This document shows, in pieces, positions 18,573 through 28,174 of a stretch of DNA of 64,000 nucleotides. The notes under the pieces were generated by a model that worked only from the letters and a program-made list of their open reading frames with translations, had not been told where the DNA came from and did not search any database. Source of the DNA: a virus. The translations under genes and the position numbers were made by a program. The stretch spans positions 1-64,000 of the IMG/VR virus record IMGVR_UViG_3300036861_000507; one strand, written 5' to 3'. The stretch's first letter is position 1; each line of letters starts with the position of its first letter.

Positions 18573-18829
18573 TGGGCGACCTCGCCTTGATGGCCGTATG
18601 CGATCATGAGTCGTTCGAACTCCTGATCACGCTGCGTTTCGGTTTCAAACACCCACTGCGCCGCCGTGCCCGCAAAGTGGATGGACGGCGCTTTGCCCGC
18701 ACGCGAGTAGTCGTCCCGACGCAGCTGCTCGCAACGGTAGATGTTGACGGGCTCGTTAGCCACAACCGCGCCATCGACTTTCGCGCTGGGCACTGAGCAT
18801 TGAATGAAGATGATCCGTGCCATCGTCAT
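18569..18829 (-). CDS. Hypothetical protein
   Basis: Translationally coupled ORF (ATGA and GTGA overlaps). Confidence 0.5.
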   Translation of the reverse strand: MTMARIIFIQCSVPSAKVDGAVVANEPVNIYRCEQLRRDDYSRAGKAPSIHFAGTAAQWVFETETQRDQEFERLMIAYGHQGEVAQ

Positions 18830-19143
18830 CTCCAGAACTCCCGCTCCGTGTCTGCCTGGGCTTCTTTCTTCTTCCAAATCCACGGACGGCGGTTCAGCGC
18901 CCAACAGCGATAGGTCCGCGTCTTGCTTAGGCCGTGCGTCATGGCGTGGTTCTTCGCCCATTCGCGCCTGTGGCAGCCGCAGCTGGTAGTCACACCTTTG
19001 CGAAGCGTGTTTTGCAACACGAGCTTCTTGGTGCCGCACTCGCAGAGACACATCCACTGTGTGTGAGCGTGGCCGCGCGGAAACTTCCGCTTTGGCGCCG
19101 CTTCCAGGACTGTCCAACGTCCGAACCGCTGCCCGATCATCAT
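18826..19143 (-). pseudogene. Truncated HNH endonuclease (N-terminal Cys module only)
   Basis: MIGQRFGRWTVL...CLCECG...SCGC...THGLSKTRTY then loses similarity; no nuclease domain. Confidence 0.7.
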
Positions 19144-19922
19144 CGGTACCACTCGCGCACCCAAGGATGCTTCTCCTGCACTTCAGGTTGCGATGGGCTT
19201 CGATCACCTGGGAAGTAGATGATCCTCGCGTTCTCCGGCAGCTCCGACTGCACGCCCGCGCCCATCTTGCCGTTGAACAGCCGGCCGGCGCCGTAGATGC
19301 CATCTTCGGAAGTCCAGTGCGGGATGTTCCACTCCCAGCCAGCTTCGGGATAGGCCGCGTTCAGCCTCTCGCTGATCCAGCACTGCTCAGCGCCGCCGAA
19401 CCGGCGGTTGAGCGGCACCGAGCCGACCTTGGCGCCGTTGACACTCCCGGCCATGGCGCGCTCGTCGAAGTCCTCCCATAGGAAGGAGGTCGTCCCGACG
19501 GTGAACAATTGCATGCTGCCCTGCACGAACCCGCGCTTGCGCCCGTCCTCGGTGTTCGGATCGTGGTTCGGGTTGCGCCAAAAGCACATCGGCTCAGCGC
19601 GGGTCACGATCGGGTCCATGCTCCCCGTCACCACACAATCGATGTCCATCAGCAGGACGCGCTCGCCTTCCTTGGCGACCCCTCCGGGCTTGTGCGCCTG
19701 CAGCTTGACGAGACACGTCCCCGGCACATGCTTGGTCATGTCCAGCGGCACCGTATTCATGAAGTCGATAAGATCCGGCCGGTGGGTGACGCAGACCCGG
19801 CGGTGCGGGATGGTCAAATGGCGGGCGACCATCCGGTCCCAGATGCGCACGTCCTCGGGGGTGAGCGCGACCTGGCGGTTGCGGGCGGGATCGACCCAGA
19901 AGAAGGCACAGACGACCAGCAT
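19140..19922 (-). CDS. GT-A-like glycosyltransferase, paralogue 2
   Basis: RMVARHL.IPH, HVPGTC, DID (DxD), LPENARIIYFPG shared with paralogues. Confidence 0.7.
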   Translation of the reverse strand: MLVVCAFFWVDPARNRQVALTPEDVRIWDRMVARHLTIPHRRVCVTHRPDLIDFMNTVPLDMTKHVPGTCLVKLQAHKPGGVAKEGERVLLMDIDCVVTGSMDPIVTRAEPMCFWRNPNHDPNTEDGRKRGFVQGSMQLFTVGTTSFLWEDFDERAMAGSVNGAKVGSVPLNRRFGGAEQCWISERLNAAYPEAGWEWNIPHWTSEDGIYGAGRLFNGKMGAGVQSELPENARIIYFPGDRSPSQPEVQEKHPWVREWYR

Positions 19923-19931
19923 CTGCGTCCT

Positions 19932-20264
19932 TTAGTGACGGAAGAAAAGTGCAAAGCTAGCCGAGCCACTGCCGCCACCAACGAACACCGGGCGGACGGC
20001 GCCAACGAAGCTCGCCCTGTCCGCAAGCCCAATCATGTCTTTCCCACCAGTCGAGTATATTTCACTGAAACTGGCTGGCGTTATCTCGTTGCTGCCGTCG
20101 ACGCGCACGGTTCCGGAGAAGCTGCCAAACGTCTGAAGAGACGCCAGCTCAAGCCCGGCGCTAGCAAATATTTGCCCATCATCGCCGGGGGCTAGACCTG
20201 CCCACTCCACCTTCGTGTAACCAGCCGGAATATTCTCACTGACGGTGTAGTTGATCGTCGCCAT
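19932..20264 (-). CDS. Small beta-rich protein, possible virion accessory protein
   Basis: Gly/Ser/aromatic beta-strand pattern (GSFSGTVRVDGSN); lower GC than neighbours. Confidence 0.5.
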   Translation of the reverse strand: MATINYTVSENIPAGYTKVEWAGLAPGDDGQIFASAGLELASLQTFGSFSGTVRVDGSNEITPASFSEIYSTGGKDMIGLADRASFVGAVRPVFVGGGSGSASFALFFRH

Positions 20265-20268
20265 GCCT

Positions 20269-21006
20269 TCAAACCCTGTGCTGATTGATCCACGGTGCAG
20301 ATTCAAGAACCTCCGGTAGCCAAGGCTTCTTGGCCCCAGGAAAGAATACGATGCGTGCGTTCTCTGGCAACGTGCCCACTACGCCAGATCCTTGCCAGCG
20401 AGGGTGTCCGTTTTCGAGGCGGTAAACGCCATCATCTTGATCCCAATACGGTACTTCGCGCCCCAGGACGAGGGATAAGTACTGGTCATCGTCAACCGCT
20501 GGCAGTGACTTTGGATCAAACTCGGACCATAGCTGCGTCATCGTTCCGCATCGATGCAGAAGCAATGACCCGTTCCAGAAGCCGTATGGGTGCTCTTTCC
20601 GGTGAGCGTAGTGGAGCTGCGTCTTCTCCATCCACCACCGCGCTGGGTTGCGCCAGAGAACAAGGTCGTCATGTCGATCGACAAGCCTATCTAGGCTACC
20701 CACCACCACCGTATCGAGATCGATACGCAGCACTCGTGCACCAAGGACATCTCGCGCTTGCGGCGTAAACGTGAAGAGACGGACGAAGCAAGTACCAGGC
20801 ACATGCGTCGTCCAGTCAATCGGAACCGCAGCAATATCTCTGTCGTCAGCGAAAAGCTCTGTCCTGTCCGTGACGACCAAGAACCGATGCGGAATCGACA
20901 GATGACGCGCGACCATGCGCTGCAGCAGCCTGACGTGGTCTGCTGCATAAGCAGTGTACTTGCTTTCCTGGTCCGGTGACCAAAGGTAAGCCACCACACT
21001 GAGCAA
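20269..21006 (-). CDS. GT-A-like glycosyltransferase, paralogue 3
   Basis: LLQRMVARHLSIPH, HVPGTCFVRLFTF, DLD, DLVLWRNPAR nearly identical to paralogue 1; lower GC. Confidence 0.7.
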   Translation of the reverse strand: MLSVVAYLWSPDQESKYTAYAADHVRLLQRMVARHLSIPHRFLVVTDRTELFADDRDIAAVPIDWTTHVPGTCFVRLFTFTPQARDVLGARVLRIDLDTVVVGSLDRLVDRHDDLVLWRNPARWWMEKTQLHYAHRKEHPYGFWNGSLLLHRCGTMTQLWSEFDPKSLPAVDDDQYLSLVLGREVPYWDQDDGVYRLENGHPRWQGSGVVGTLPENARIVFFPGAKKPWLPEVLESAPWINQHRV

Positions 21007-21008
21007 GA

Positions 21009-21599
21009 TCAGACGCCCCCGTTCATCCGGATCACCTGCCCCGTGATGTACCCCTGATCCGTGTACAGGAGGAAGTGGATTGTGCGCGCCACTTCTTCGG
21101 CGCGTAGGAACCGTTGCTTCGGCGACTCACGTCGACGCTTTTCCAGGTTCTCGGTGTCCTCCCGGCACAGCGTCATCGAGCAATCCTCGATGATCGACGG
21201 CGCCACGCACACCAGCTGCTGCTCGGGCTTCAGTCTCTTGGTCTCGACGTAGCGGTGCAGGGCTGCCTTGGCTCCGGCGTATGCCCCATCGTGGGACCAG
21301 GTGAACCCGGATTCGGAGCCCACCACGCAGATGCGGGCCCTGGCGTTGTTCTCAAAGATGTGGTCGCAAAGTTGGATAGGACGGATGCAGTTGACGTGCA
21401 GGCTCTCGGCGCTCTGAGCTGGCGTCTGGTCGAGGAGTGGGCGTGGTCGCAACAGGCCCGCGCAAAGAAGATAGCGTTCGCACCCAATGAGCGGCGGCGC
21501 GTAGGATGCGCGCTCAATCGGAACGACCTCTTCATCCTTCGGCAACAGTTGCCGCAACTCGGATACGATCTTGGAGCGGTAGCCGGTGACGGCGAGCAT
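21009..21599 (-). CDS. Short-chain dehydrogenase/reductase
   Basis: AVTG..S.I, catalytic S...YAGAK, C-terminal YITGQVIRMNGG. Confidence 0.8.
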   Translation of the reverse strand: MLAVTGYRSKIVSELRQLLPKDEEVVPIERASYAPPLIGCERYLLCAGLLRPRPLLDQTPAQSAESLHVNCIRPIQLCDHIFENNARARICVVGSESGFTWSHDGAYAGAKAALHRYVETKRLKPEQQLVCVAPSIIEDCSMTLCREDTENLEKRRRESPKQRFLRAEEVARTIHFLLYTDQGYITGQVIRMNGGV

Positions 21600-22234
21600 C
21601 AGGCGCGTCGCGCACCAAGTGGTGCCGTGATGGCGCGCTCGACGGGCCATCCCCTGTCAAGTCGCGAGCGCAACGTATCGTAAGGCAGGCCCGTCCGCTC
21701 GCAGACCTCCGACAGCGTCATAACTTGATCCTGGAACGGTACGAGGCGGTTCTTGCGACTATTCCGCGCCTGCTCTTTCTTCGTCGCCCATCGGCAGTTG
21801 CCGGGTTCGTATCCTTTGTTGTTATCGATGCGGTCTAGGCTCAACCCATCGGGTCGATTGCCCATGTCGACAACGAACGCGTCAAACGTCTGCCAACGCT
21901 CGCACACGGTGATGCCGCGCGCACCATAGTCCTGCCATCTCTCGCCGATTTCACGCGTGCACCGCGTCCACATTGACGCCCACGATCTGTAGGTAGGCGT
22001 ACGCTTGTAGCCGGTTGTGTGTCCGTGGGTTCTGAGACGCGCGCTTGCCTTAACGCGAGCCACGCAACCGCAGCTCTTGGAGTTTCCGCTCTTCAGGCTA
22101 GGGTCGGCGATAGGTCTCTCGTTGCCACAATTACAGCGACACAGCCACCGTTTCTGCAGCCTACGTCTCTTGCCAACGAAGATCGGCGGCCCAAGACGAA
22201 TGACTGTAAGCTTTCCGAAGCGCTGCCCTATCAT
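21599..22234 (-). CDS. Free-standing HNH homing endonuclease
   Basis: MIGQRFGKLTV, CRCNCG, YGARGITVCERW, SLDRIDNNKGYEPGNCRWAT. Confidence 0.85.
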   Translation of the reverse strand: MIGQRFGKLTVIRLGPPIFVGKRRRLQKRWLCRCNCGNERPIADPSLKSGNSKSCGCVARVKASARLRTHGHTTGYKRTPTYRSWASMWTRCTREIGERWQDYGARGITVCERWQTFDAFVVDMGNRPDGLSLDRIDNNKGYEPGNCRWATKKEQARNSRKNRLVPFQDQVMTLSEVCERTGLPYDTLRSRLDRGWPVERAITAPLGARRA

Positions 22235-23277
22235 GCCGCCACCACCGTTCGATCCTCTGCCAAGAGAAGATCGCACACGCGATTCGCGGCAGCAACGGCC
22301 GTCCCTAGCTTTCCACTTAGAACGGTGATGATCTGATCATCGATTTGGCGCGTAAGGGTGGGCCTCGCATCGGTTTTCTCTTGACCCGCGAGAACGCACC
22401 GAACGGTGTAGCTAGACCCGATGTGCCGAGCCTTCTCCACACCCGGCACGTATCGGTTAAGGTCCGCCACCACCTCACTGAAGCGCGTTACGGGCGGGTC
22501 GGCGATCAGGCCGCGATCGATCAGGCCCGCCAAGTGACCCGGCACCTCCGCTTCGAGCCCCGTGTTGCTGGCGTGAATCGTATGCACAACATGCCCCAGC
22601 ACGTGCAGATCGGTGGCGTCGAGCGGGTCGAGGCAGCCGAACGGCCCGTCGATCACCACGATGGACGTGTCACGGAAGGCCTCCGGCAGCTTGACCACGG
22701 GCCGCTCCACCATTTGGAAGCGGTAGGCCTCGGGTGGGCAGCCCAGATCGGCCAGCACCGCATTGAGCCGGGAGTAGGTGGCCACCACGATGCGGTCGAA
22801 CTGCCGGCGGATGGACCGCGGCGCCGTCGCGCCCAGATGCACCGCAACCCCGGCGTCGGCCACCTTCTGGCGAACGATGGCCTGCAGGACGCCCAGGTTG
22901 AGGCGCGGCTCGCTCACGCTGAAGACGTGGCCCTCTTCCGAGAATGGCAGGTCCTCGGTATCGAGGAACGCACGGTAGGCCTCGCCGCCGACCTGGCTGC
23001 CCACGGGCGGTACGATGTAGAACTGCTGGCCGGCGTCGATCACGGCGGCACCGTACTCCTTGCGGAAGGCGCGCTCGGCGAGCCGGCTCTCGCGGCCTGT
23101 GCGGCTGTCTCTGGGGTAATGAAAGCCGCGGTGCAGCCGGCTGTAGGTGCTGGCCGTCGCCCCCATCAGCAACCCGCGCTTGGCCTCGTAGAGATGCACC
23201 TCGTGCCCGGCGCGGGCGGCGAGGATGGCGGCGGTGGCGCCAAACAAGCCCCCGCCGATCACGCAAACCCGCATCAT
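22231..23277 (-). CDS. FAD-dependent oxidoreductase
   Basis: VCVIGGGLFG...VHLYE dinucleotide-binding motif; RLHRGFHYPR; SGK near the C-terminus. Confidence 0.85.
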   Translation of the reverse strand: MMRVCVIGGGLFGATAAILAARAGHEVHLYEAKRGLLMGATASTYSRLHRGFHYPRDSRTGRESRLAERAFRKEYGAAVIDAGQQFYIVPPVGSQVGGEAYRAFLDTEDLPFSEEGHVFSVSEPRLNLGVLQAIVRQKVADAGVAVHLGATAPRSIRRQFDRIVVATYSRLNAVLADLGCPPEAYRFQMVERPVVKLPEAFRDTSIVVIDGPFGCLDPLDATDLHVLGHVVHTIHASNTGLEAEVPGHLAGLIDRGLIADPPVTRFSEVVADLNRYVPGVEKARHIGSSYTVRCVLAGQEKTDARPTLTRQIDDQIITVLSGKLGTAVAAANRVCDLLLAEDRTVVAA

Positions 23278-23675
23278 GCCGCGGAGACCGCTATATCGCC
23301 GGCATTGAGGAGGCCGGTGGAGTCGTCGGCCCAGATGATGGCGGCGGCATCCCCGTCCATGCCCCTGAGGTCGTAGAGGATGTCGGTGACGTCGGCGGCC
23401 AGGATGCGGTCGCCCGCCTTGTTCTTGGCGTAGCCCTCGGCGTCGATGAAGAAGGGATAGCTCGAGGCGGTGCGTTGGAACTTCTGGCGCGGCATGATCG
23501 GCGGGTCGACGCAACGTTCCGAGGCAACCTGCACAATCGGCGCCACACTGCCGTCCGTCTCCACCTTCAGGGCCAGCAGCTTCTCCTTGATGCGGCCCCA
23601 CTGCTTCTCGGTGGGCGCGGCCTCGATGTTCTCCGAGATGCCTTCGAACCAGTTGAGGAAGTCTCTGAGCGACAT
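23274..23675 (-). CDS. Hypothetical phage protein
   Basis: F..WFEG..E...PT..QW..IKEKL N-terminus; coupled ORF. Confidence 0.6.
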   Translation of the reverse strand: MSLRDFLNWFEGISENIEAAPTEKQWGRIKEKLLALKVETDGSVAPIVQVASERCVDPPIMPRQKFQRTASSYPFFIDAEGYAKNKAGDRILAADVTDILYDLRGMDGDAAAIIWADDSTGLLNAGDIAVSAA

Positions 23676-23678
23676 TGG

Positions 23679-23837
23679 TCAATATCCCTCGGCGATGGTC
23701 TTCTTGCGCTTCTTGGCCATGTCGGCCTTCATGTACTCCTTGGCCACGGCGATGGGCGGCGCCTTCTTCTTGGTCGGCTTGAAGCCATGGGCAATGGCTT
23801 TCATGAAGCGCGCTTGCTTGGCGGATTTCGAAGGCAT
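23679..23837 (-). CDS. Small basic protein (52 aa; not in ORF track)
   Basis: MPSKSAKQARFMKAIAHG...RKKTIAEGY; TGATG coupling to the upstream gene. Confidence 0.7.
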   Translation of the reverse strand: MPSKSAKQARFMKAIAHGFKPTKKKAPPIAVAKEYMKADMAKKRKKTIAEGY

Positions 23838-24646
23838 CAGATGCTCCTGTTCTTCGCAATCAGCATGCAGAACCCCGTCTCCTCGCGGTGCAGGATGTCG
23901 AAGCCGGCACCCGTCAGGATGGCCTCGCAGGCCTCCAACGTGCGCTCACCGTTCCGCTCGGCGCTGGCGCAGACGCTGACGTACGCGGTGATCTTCAATG
24001 TCTCGTGCGCGCCCTCCAGCACCTCGGGCTCCGCCCCTTCCGCATCGCCGCAGATGAGGTGAACGCGGTCGATACCTTTCTCCGCAACCAGAGCGTCGAT
24101 GCGCCGCGCCGGCACCACGCTCTGACGGTCGGAGGCGTTGAACAGCGAGCTGTCGGCGCTCTCCGGCTTCAGATGCAGGATGAGGTTCGCGTCCTCATTC
24201 CAGGCCGCGACCGGAGCGACATCGATGGCCCGGCCTTGCGCATTCGCATCGAGCAGCGGGATCACGTGCGGGTCCGGCTCGATCGCCAGCACCCGCGCCC
24301 CGGCATCGGCCAGCGTGATGGCGACCTCGCCGATGTTGGCGCCGAAGTTGACGATCTGGGCGCCAGCGTGCATCGGGACCAGCTGCTCGTCGGCGTCGTG
24401 GCCGAAGACGTAGCGGGCGGCCACTCTGTTGCACCGCCTGGCAACTCCGTGGCGATAGAACCGGAAGGCCCGCTCTGGCCGGCAGGCGATACGTAGCTTG
24501 CCATCGAAGAGCCAGTGGATGCCGCCCGCATCGGTGGTGGTCCAATACTCCCCGCCGTCACCTGCCTTGTCGAGGTTCTCCCACACCAGGTGGGTCGACC
24601 CATCGGCTGCGGGCTCGGTGCGGTATTGCAGGCGCTCGCCCGCCAT
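23837..24646 (-). CDS. FkbM-family methyltransferase
   Basis: FGANIGE, LAIEPDP, RIDA, DAEGAEPEVLEGA motifs. Confidence 0.85.
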   Translation of the reverse strand: MAGERLQYRTEPAADGSTHLVWENLDKAGDGGEYWTTTDAGGIHWLFDGKLRIACRPERAFRFYRHGVARRCNRVAARYVFGHDADEQLVPMHAGAQIVNFGANIGEVAITLADAGARVLAIEPDPHVIPLLDANAQGRAIDVAPVAAWNEDANLILHLKPESADSSLFNASDRQSVVPARRIDALVAEKGIDRVHLICGDAEGAEPEVLEGAHETLKITAYVSVCASAERNGERTLEACEAILTGAGFDILHREETGFCMLIAKNRSI

Positions 24647-24649
24647 GCC

Positions 24650-25351
24650 TCAGAAGTCCTCCGGCGGCGGCTCCAGCAGCCCGCTCTCGGCCGCGACCTT
24701 GACCTTGATGCCGGCCTTGGTGGCGGCCCAGATCATGTTCTGCGTGCCTTGCCGCTGCTTGCTGTACTCGTCCTTGCCCATCTGCAGGATGCCGTAGAGC
24801 GGCATCTCCGGTGGACCGTCGCCTCCCATGATGCCCTTGGCGACCATCGCCTCGATGTCGAGAATCGCCTTGCCCATGATCAGCGAGATCGAGGATGTCC
24901 AGGTGAATGGGCCGAACCGATCCTTGACGGCTCGCTCGGGGTAGAGCGCCGCGTTGGGGAACAGCAGGTTCCCTTCGCGGGTACAGAGGTTCATCGCGAC
25001 CTGGTCGCGCATCCACAATCGCTTCTGCGTTTTGGCGATCCATTCGAGGTAGGCGTAGCGTCTGCTGCGGTCAAAGATGGGGTTGTGAATTTCGAAAAAT
25101 TCGTCGACCCGCGGCAGCGGCGAACAGAGCGGCTTGCCGTCTTTCCCGATGCTGCCCCTCGCTCCGAATGGACTATTGTCCGGAGAGCAAGCGTAAATCA
25201 AGAAACCGGGATCAGAGAACGGCGCGAGGTGTTTTGTATGTGGGTTTGAGCCGCAGATCGCGATACCCTTCAAGCGGGCCTGCGGCGCGATCGAAGTCTG
25301 AGCCGCTCCCGTCGGCACGTCGGCTGTGGTGTCATCTACCTGATCCAGCAT
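24650..25351 (-). CDS. Rossmann-like protein, possible divergent glycosyltransferase
   Basis: IAICGSNP...APFSDP...IYAC N-terminus, TSSISL.M..A, LYGI; resemblance to Maf/sialyltransferase-like folds is inference only. Confidence 0.4.
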   Translation of the reverse strand: MLDQVDDTTADVPTGAAQTSIAPQARLKGIAICGSNPHTKHLAPFSDPGFLIYACSPDNSPFGARGSIGKDGKPLCSPLPRVDEFFEIHNPIFDRSRRYAYLEWIAKTQKRLWMRDQVAMNLCTREGNLLFPNAALYPERAVKDRFGPFTWTSSISLIMGKAILDIEAMVAKGIMGGDGPPEMPLYGILQMGKDEYSKQRQGTQNMIWAATKAGIKVKVAAESGLLEPPPEDF

Positions 25352-25947
25352 TGTCCCCTCATTCCAGCCAGGCCCATCTCTCTCGACGCCATATTTTGCT
25401 GATCGTTCCGAAACTGACGCCATACTGCGCAGCCAGCAACTTCCGCGGTGATCGTCCCCCGTGCGGCGCGGATCTCACGGATATCCGACTCGGTCAGCTT
25501 CGCCCAAGGGCTGCGTTCCCCACGATTGTCCGTCCCATGGATCACTTTATCGGCAAGGTTTTCTGACGGGGTTTTCCACACGATGTGACTTGGCGTGCAG
25601 CACCCCTCATGCCCCTTGCCACACAAGTGCGCAGCTTGATGTTTGGGGGACGGCGCAGCCCCGTGGATGATTTGACAGACGACCCTATGAACAGGCTGTT
25701 GGCGGCCTTCCCATTTCATTACGCCATAGCCGTTCTGCGTCAGGCGGGCATACGGCCACACGAGGCAATCATCGCCGCCGTACTGAAGAACAACTTGCCG
25801 GAGGTAGCGAATGCGGTCGCCGTTCGGCGCTCGGCCTTTGAGCGGGTCGCCATACAATTTCCAGCGTCGGTAATGGTTGCAGCAAAAGCCGTAACCAAAG
25901 CGCCGCTTGCCGCAGCCGTCGACAGAGCATATGCGTGGGGAAGCCAT
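25336..25947 (-). CDS. HNH endonuclease
   Basis: CSVDGC...GFC..HY.RW..YGDP, VHRVVC..IHG, AAHLCG..H..CC.P.H..W.T..EN..D. Confidence 0.85.
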   Translation of the reverse strand: MASPRICSVDGCGKRRFGYGFCCNHYRRWKLYGDPLKGRAPNGDRIRYLRQVVLQYGGDDCLVWPYARLTQNGYGVMKWEGRQQPVHRVVCQIIHGAAPSPKHQAAHLCGKGHEGCCTPSHIVWKTPSENLADKVIHGTDNRGERSPWAKLTESDIREIRAARGTITAEVAGCAVWRQFRNDQQNMASREMGLAGMRGQCWIR

Positions 25948-26048
25948 CTTCGAACCTCATCCGTTCGGGGCTGGTCAGAACGCGCTGAGTGCTCGAACAC
26001 TCAGCGCGTTCGCTATTGGTACTATGCGGTCATGGAGCCTTCAAGAGG

Positions 26049-26903
26049 CTAGAGTCCGGTATCCCTGTTTGCGCTGACGTTGATGTAGTCGGTGTCGAAG
26101 GGGAGCGCGGCCGCATCCGATGCGAACGCGATGACGACCGGCACCAGCGCCGTGGCGGCATTGATCGGCTGACTGATGCGGCCTTCCTTCTTGCCGTTGA
26201 CGTAGAAGTCGGCAAACAGCTGGCCGCTGTCGCTGTCGAGCGCCACCTCCAGGGTGTCGTAGACGTTGGCGGTCGGGGACGACGTGAGGGTCGCAGTCTG
26301 ATCGCCGGAGTCGCCGGCCACTGATCGGGCAGCAATGCCACGCCACACCGTGGTGCCGGAGTTGCCGCCGTAGACGAAACCGATGCCGTCGGCCATGTTG
26401 GTGATGATGCCGCCTCCGGTGTCATACGCGGGCATTTCGGCCCCGCCGCTGTCGGAGAACCCGACAAACAGCTCGGAGCCCGCCAAGGTGCCGATCTTGA
26501 CGCGGGCGGCAAAGCGCAGGTTGCCTTGGTTGGCCTTCCACTGCTTCTGCAGGCCCTGGGTGAATCCGATCGCGGCCACCGGGGTCAGCACCGCATCGGC
26601 AGATGTGGTGATCCTGAGCACGCCGCCCACGCCCGTGACCTTGACGACCGAGCCGATGCCGGCGACGCCCGTGTCGCCGTTGACGCTGGTCCAGTCGAAG
26701 GCGCCGGTGTCGCCCAGGAAGTCGTCGAACAGGGCGATCGTGTCGTGGGATCCCGGCATGACGATGCGCGACTTGCCCTCGCCGCCGGTGCCGAAGGCGT
26801 TGCGCGAGACCAGCGTGTTGTTGGGGGCGATGTAGGCCTTGGGGCCCCACAGGGACTTCTGCTTGGTGAACGGATCGGTCTTGTCCTTGGTGTAGTCGGT
26901 CAT
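26049..26903 (-). CDS. Beta-sandwich (lectin/ConA-like) putative virion protein; 4 DTG and 3 DSG
   Basis: FDDF.G, LRFAARVK, FYVNG pattern; T/G/A/D-rich composition. Confidence 0.6.
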   Translation of the reverse strand: MTDYTKDKTDPFTKQKSLWGPKAYIAPNNTLVSRNAFGTGGEGKSRIVMPGSHDTIALFDDFLGDTGAFDWTSVNGDTGVAGIGSVVKVTGVGGVLRITTSADAVLTPVAAIGFTQGLQKQWKANQGNLRFAARVKIGTLAGSELFVGFSDSGGAEMPAYDTGGGIITNMADGIGFVYGGNSGTTVWRGIAARSVAGDSGDQTATLTSSPTANVYDTLEVALDSDSGQLFADFYVNGKKEGRISQPINAATALVPVVIAFASDAAALPFDTDYINVSANRDTGL

Positions 26904-26907
26904 CTGC

Positions 26908-27561
26908 TCAGTCCTTTCCTTTGTCCTTATCCTTATTGAGGAACACGCCTACCGTCGGCCCGTAAGAGCCGAACTCTCTTTCGTGCTCAGGCCCGCACGG
27001 GCCGCTCGCCTCGATGACTTTCGCGTCCATCCAGGCCGACCGCGCCACGAGCCCTGGATGATCGGAGAACTTCGCATTGGGGAAGGCGGCGACGGCTGCG
27101 GCCCGGTGCGGGGAGGGCCCGCCGTGATCGAGCTTCCTCATGTCGTGGATGAAGCCCACCAGGACGTGGGGGAACTGATCGAAGCAGTGCCTGACGATGC
27201 GAACCGCGCCGGCGCCTTTGGGGCCGTCGCAGAGAATGGCGGTGCGCCTGGGTGCGACGAGCAGTGCCAGGCGCGGCACCTCGAAGGTGCCGTTGCCGCG
27301 ATGTAGCGTGACGTTGGCGAGGCCCGCGCAACGCTGGCGGCCGAACTCCGCATCCACGTCCGCGCGCATCTCGATGGAGTGGATTTCCACGTCCGGCAGG
27401 TACTTGGAGAGCAGGGCGGTGGACTGCCCCCGCGCCCGCCCCGACTCGATGACCACCTCGATCCCCAACCTGCGTGCGGTGTGGATGATGAGGACCATCT
27501 CGGAGTGGATGATGCCGCGCCGCTCGTAGGGCTCGGCGGCGATGGCATCCAGGTCCATCAT
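26908..27561 (-). CDS. SAM-dependent methyltransferase-like protein
   Basis: VVIESGRARGQST, IHSIE, LCDGPK, FIHD motifs. Confidence 0.7.
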   Translation of the reverse strand: MMDLDAIAAEPYERRGIIHSEMVLIIHTARRLGIEVVIESGRARGQSTALLSKYLPDVEIHSIEMRADVDAEFGRQRCAGLANVTLHRGNGTFEVPRLALLVAPRRTAILCDGPKGAGAVRIVRHCFDQFPHVLVGFIHDMRKLDHGGPSPHRAAAVAAFPNAKFSDHPGLVARSAWMDAKVIEASGPCGPEHEREFGSYGPTVGVFLNKDKDKGKD

Positions 27562-28085
27562 TGCAGAGCCGCCTTGTCGGGCGCCGGCGCCGATGTGAAC
27601 CGCACCTCCTCCGCCAGGCCCCAGCCCTCGCCCTCCATGATGGCGGCCATCTGCGCCAGCGTGGCGAACGGGATCGGGTTGGCGTCGAGCTTCAGCGCAT
27701 CCTCGGACAGCAGGACGAGGTCGACCTCGTGCTTCTCGTCCATGAACATCTGGTTGATGCGGGTGAATTCGGTGATCTGCTCGGTGAAGGTGTCGACGCG
27801 CGACTGGTAGTCGGGCTTGTCCTTCTCCACGACCGGTGGCGGCTGGATGTCGGACTTGCCGCCCGACACCTGCACGATCAGCCCGGCCCGCACCTTCTGG
27901 TAGGCATCGCTCACGGCCTGGCACTTGGCGAGGTTCTTGGCGATGGCCAGCCGGGTCATGGGGGCGAAGCTATAGGGCCTCTGCACGGTCGCATGCTTCT
28001 CGCCCTCCTTGACCACCTCCGGGTGGCTGTTGAGCGAGGCGAGCGCGTTGGCGAGGTTGATGATGGTCTGGGTCGAGAGTTTCAT
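27558..28085 (-). CDS. Hypothetical protein (tail-fibre-associated, chaperone-like)
   Basis: Helical ORF, RLAIAKNL motif, SD AGGAG. Confidence 0.5.
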   Translation of the reverse strand: MKLSTQTIINLANALASLNSHPEVVKEGEKHATVQRPYSFAPMTRLAIAKNLAKCQAVSDAYQKVRAGLIVQVSGGKSDIQPPPVVEKDKPDYQSRVDTFTEQITEFTRINQMFMDEKHEVDLVLLSEDALKLDANPIPFATLAQMAAIMEGEGWGLAEEVRFTSAPAPDKAALQ

Positions 28086-28174
28086 GGGGCTCCTGTGGCC
28101 AAGGGCATTTTGGGCTTGCGCTGGGGCGGGTAATTTGCATCCATTCGGGGCGTAGGCGAGGGAGGGTATTGCCA

